This document shows positions 29,207 through 32,000 of a stretch of 32,000 nucleotides of DNA, in pieces. Within the stretch, counting starts at the first letter, position 1; each line of letters starts with the position of its first letter. Below the pieces are notes generated by a model. It saw only the letters and a program-made list of their open reading frames with translations. It made no database searches and was not told the DNA's origin. Source of the DNA: Candidatus Saccharimonadota bacterium (GTDB taxonomy: Bacteria; Patescibacteriota; Gracilibacteria; BD1-5; UBA6164); the NCBI GenBank assembly GCA_965229705.1, contig OZ245922.1:30001-62000 (forward strand). The letters are read 5' to 3'. The position numbers were made by a program, and so were the translations under genes.

Positions 29207-29917
29207 TTACCCAAGAATATTTTCCAGAATATTCTGTATATCCGTCTCTGTTTCTTCATCATCAAGCTTGTCTTGGATGATTTCTACAAGAGCGTAGTAT
29301 GCATCAAGTCTTGCTTCTTTTCGTTCTTCATCCATATCACTATCTTCGAGAGACTCGATACGAGATTCGATTTTTTCTAGAGCTTTATCGAGATTTTCTA
29401 CAGGAATCTTATCAAGTCTGTCTCCAATTCTCTCGATAAATGATCATTTATACGCTTTTACAAACCCTTTTCTATCTGATCGAAAACCATCTCTTTTTTT
29501 ATCACGATTCATTCGCATTTCTATATCTTGCATACTGAACCTTTCCTGCTTTTCAATGATTTCAAGAGCTTCTTCGTTATCGGCAAAGAGTTCTTTCATC
29601 TCATCATAATATTCTTCTTGTAGTTCTTCGATTTCTTCTCGCACTTCATCCCTTTCTCTATCACTATCGGCGTCTAGGAACTCGTCTCTGAGTTCAGACA
29701 TATTTTCTCGAAACTCATCTTTGATTTCTTCAAGTTCTTCGATCTTTTTCTCACTAAAACCATCCATGAGACTTTGAAAACCTCTTTTACTTTCTTTCAT
29801 TCAGCTTTTCATCTGCATCTTTTTTGAATCGTACATTCATCTATCACTTACAGCGAATGTCGTTGTGAAAAGACTGGTAAGTAAGAGGATACTTACAATG
29901 AGTGCAATTTTTTTCAT
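29207..29917 (-). CDS. secreted highly charged helical protein, paralogue of the 28752-29021 product (236 aa)
   Basis: MKKIALIVSILLLTSLFTTTFAVS (signal peptide) ...FSEKKIEELEEIKDEFRENMSELRDEFLDADSDRERDEVREEIEEL... parallels LSDDQRSQIEDLRDELREDMSDLRDQLWDTDDDDERDALRDEMRDL. Track ORF 29444-29800 is extended at both ends through TGA. TAA at 29207-29209. Confidence 0.7.
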
Positions 29918-30022
29918 AAATATATAGTAAAAAAATAAAATATTACGCCCAAGCTATAGTATAGAAAAAATATGATAGAGTATAAGAAAAAAACAAAACT
30001 CTTCTCGACAATCCTTGAGAAA

Positions 30023-31096
30023 CTATTGAATTGTATCAACTTCTTCAATCTTCAGTTGTCGTTTTTTAGTATCATCAGGAGCAATCATCACAATATCTTT
30101 ATCAATAATATCGAGGCGTTTTTTGCCATCATTGTAGTGATTGACTGTTGTATTGAGAGCGTTTCCGAGTTTTTGGTACCCCAGCTCATATTTTTCGAGA
30201 TCTTTTTGGAGTTTGAGAACATATTTTTGGATTTCTTTTGCTTGTTTTTCGATTTGTAGAGACTTCATTCACTGGATAACTGTCTGGAGATAGGCATAAA
30301 AACCGCTTGGGGAGCAGATGATGACTTTTTTTGAAAAGCCATATTCTATGAGTTTTTGAGGAGCTATATCTCACAGTTTATTGATAAAAATATCATAATA
30401 CATTCACTCTGCAGGAATGAGCATAAAAGCGAAATCTGTAGTGCCTTCATTGGGAAGAATATACTTTGCGACTTCATCAATTCGAGTATGTATATCTTTT
30501 TTGAGAGCGTTGGAATAACTCTTGATCACAAAATCTTCTTCGGCTGAAACAAGTTTTTCATAGTTTTCTTGGGGAAACTTTGCGTCTATAGGGATAGTCA
30601 TATTTCAGACAAAGAGTGCCGCATCAACGATACCTGTTGAAAGCTGATACTGTAGTAAATATTGACCCTCAGTAAAGACATTTTCCAGAAGTTCTTTGAG
30701 GAAATATTCTCAGAGATTTCCTCGTCTTTTTGGATTCTTGAGAATACTCTCGAGTCACTCAAGGCGACTTCATATATCTTTGATATGCTTATTTGTTTCA
30801 GTGATTTCTGTCAGTTTTTTGGTGATGTTTGCAATATTGGTATTGGATATATGAGCGACTTCTTGAGAGTTTTTTATCGTTTGAGACATATTCTGCGTGA
30901 GAGACTTGGTACTGTCTGAGAGCTTTGTATCAAGAGTATGCGAGAGGTGTAGGAGCTGTTTTTGGAGGAGCTGGAGTTCTCAGGAGTTATTTTTTCATTG
31001 ATATTTTTTTGAAAGTAGCAGTATCACTCAAACACATACTCCTATAAGAAGTACAAAAGAGAGTGAGAGCAGGATAAAAAATATATCGAGGGACAT
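30023..31096 (-). CDS. rmuC: DNA recombination protein RmuC
   Basis: 357 aa: an N-terminal TM helix (MSLDIFFILLSLSFVLLIGVCV), a coiled-coil, then ...NPKRRGNLGEYFLKELLENV...MTIPIDAKFPQENYEKL...DFAFMLIPAE-G-MYYD...VIICSPSGFYAYLQTV.... Track ORFs 30404-30601 and 30023-30268 are in this frame. TAG at 30023-30025. Confidence 0.9.
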
Positions 31097-31192
31097 AGTC
31101 GTATTTAAGAGGATATTTTGTAAAAGTATATAATAACTTTGAAAAACTGCGAAAAATAATCCAGATTTTTGCACTCAAGGAAAAAGTGTGCT

Positions 31193-32000
31193 ATGTTTAC
31201 GAGGATACTCTCTAAATACCATATACATATGTACTTTTTACAGCAGATATACACGCAGTTTTGCTCTCATGTATTCTTAAGATTTCAGACTCCAGAAGAG
31301 GCGATGATGCAAGACAGGCAAGAATGAATCGATGATATCGATGAAGCACAAAAATATATAGAAGCGCTCCAAGCATCACAATCTATCGTATGAAAGCATG
31401 TACAAATCTTGTCCAACTTTCTCACAAAGGTCGAGGCGTGAGAGATAGCCTGACTCTCATCTGAAGATGCAGAGTTTTTACCACTCAAAGAAAAACTTGA
31501 TCGAAAGATAATAGAGCTCGAAAATCTCAAAGGAGATAGAACACTTCTCTCTCATGTGCAAGATAATGCTCTTGAGGATGTAGGTATTGAGGCGTATAAA
31601 GAAGTGATTGATACGAGTATTGAGAACAGAGAAAAGTGAGAATTTTTTTCGCGACTCGAAAGCGTTACGATTGAAAGTTTACAAGAAGGTGAAGCTAACA
31701 GTATTATTACAGAATTTGGAGAAGTATATATTTCTCAATGGCAAGCAGAGCTTGCTGAGCAAATAAGGTTCGAAACACCAGACGCAAAAACGCAGGGATT
31801 TATAGAAAAAATAGCGCAGATTCAGAGTATTTTTGAGATGGAGTCTTCTTCAAAAAATGGAGAAAGAAGTGGTGAGGTGATAGAGTTTTATAATAAGATA
31901 AAAGATATAGAAGAACCCCTCACTCTTGAAAGTGCAAAAGGTATAGTTGAGGAGTTTGGTTTCTGACTTATTCGATCATGGATAGATGAAAAACAGGAGT
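31193..32000 (+). CDS. hypothetical protein, 3' end runs off the window
   Basis: The frame is open from 31160 to the window end with 8 TGA. The first ATG is at 31193 (alternative at 31229). MFTRILSKYHIHMYFLQQIYTQFCSHVFLRFQTPEEAMMQDRQE-G-IDDIDEAQKYIEAL.... It is divergent from rmuC. No family recognised. Confidence 0.55.

Overview
This is a low-GC bacterial window that only makes sense when UGA is read as glycine (translation table 25, used by Gracilibacteria/BD1-5 and Absconditabacteria/SR1). In-frame TGA falls on invariant Gly positions in many unrelated conserved proteins, while TAA and TAG still end genes. The supplied standard-code ORF track therefore splits nearly every real gene and lists many antisense artefacts, so I re-translated both strands by eye with TGA=Gly. 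Core genes recovered are ccdA-like (partial), frr, an NMN-adenylyltransferase-like gene, ppaC, an aldehyde dehydrogenase, an ABC ATPase, a TPR protein, an rnhB-queH fusion, hrcA, a GT4 glycosyltransferase, mnmA, trxB, hflX (with an in-frame TAA), two secreted Spy/CpxP-like acidic proteins and rmuC. The main result is an accessory locus at 3095-16216. It starts with one 7.7 kb ORF of 2566 aa: signal peptide, subtilisin S8 protease, about 530 aa of acidic low-complexity sequence, about 11-12 tandem beta-rich modules of roughly 77 aa, then a helical pre-toxin-like region and a small C-terminal domain. Downstream lies a mosaic array of promoter-less copies of that C-terminal tip, interleaved with small immunity-like ORFs. 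After that comes a larger orphan copy of the last module plus a different C-terminal region, which is cut off by an IS256-family element. The layout is that of a polymorphic-toxin/immunity locus with silent replacement cassettes. I could not assign the toxin or immunity candidates to any named family by eye. Other points worth a second look are an (AG)7/(AG)6 tract that changes the frame of an immunity-like ORF, and a GAGACCGGTCTC palindromic element present in three copies next to stress genes, including upstream of hrcA where no CIRCE is visible. There is also a frameshifted transposase that itself carries TGA=Gly codons, and a gene whose start seems to depend on an A9 tract. No rRNA, tRNA or CRISPR array was seen. 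All coordinates come from manual translation and no database search was possible.
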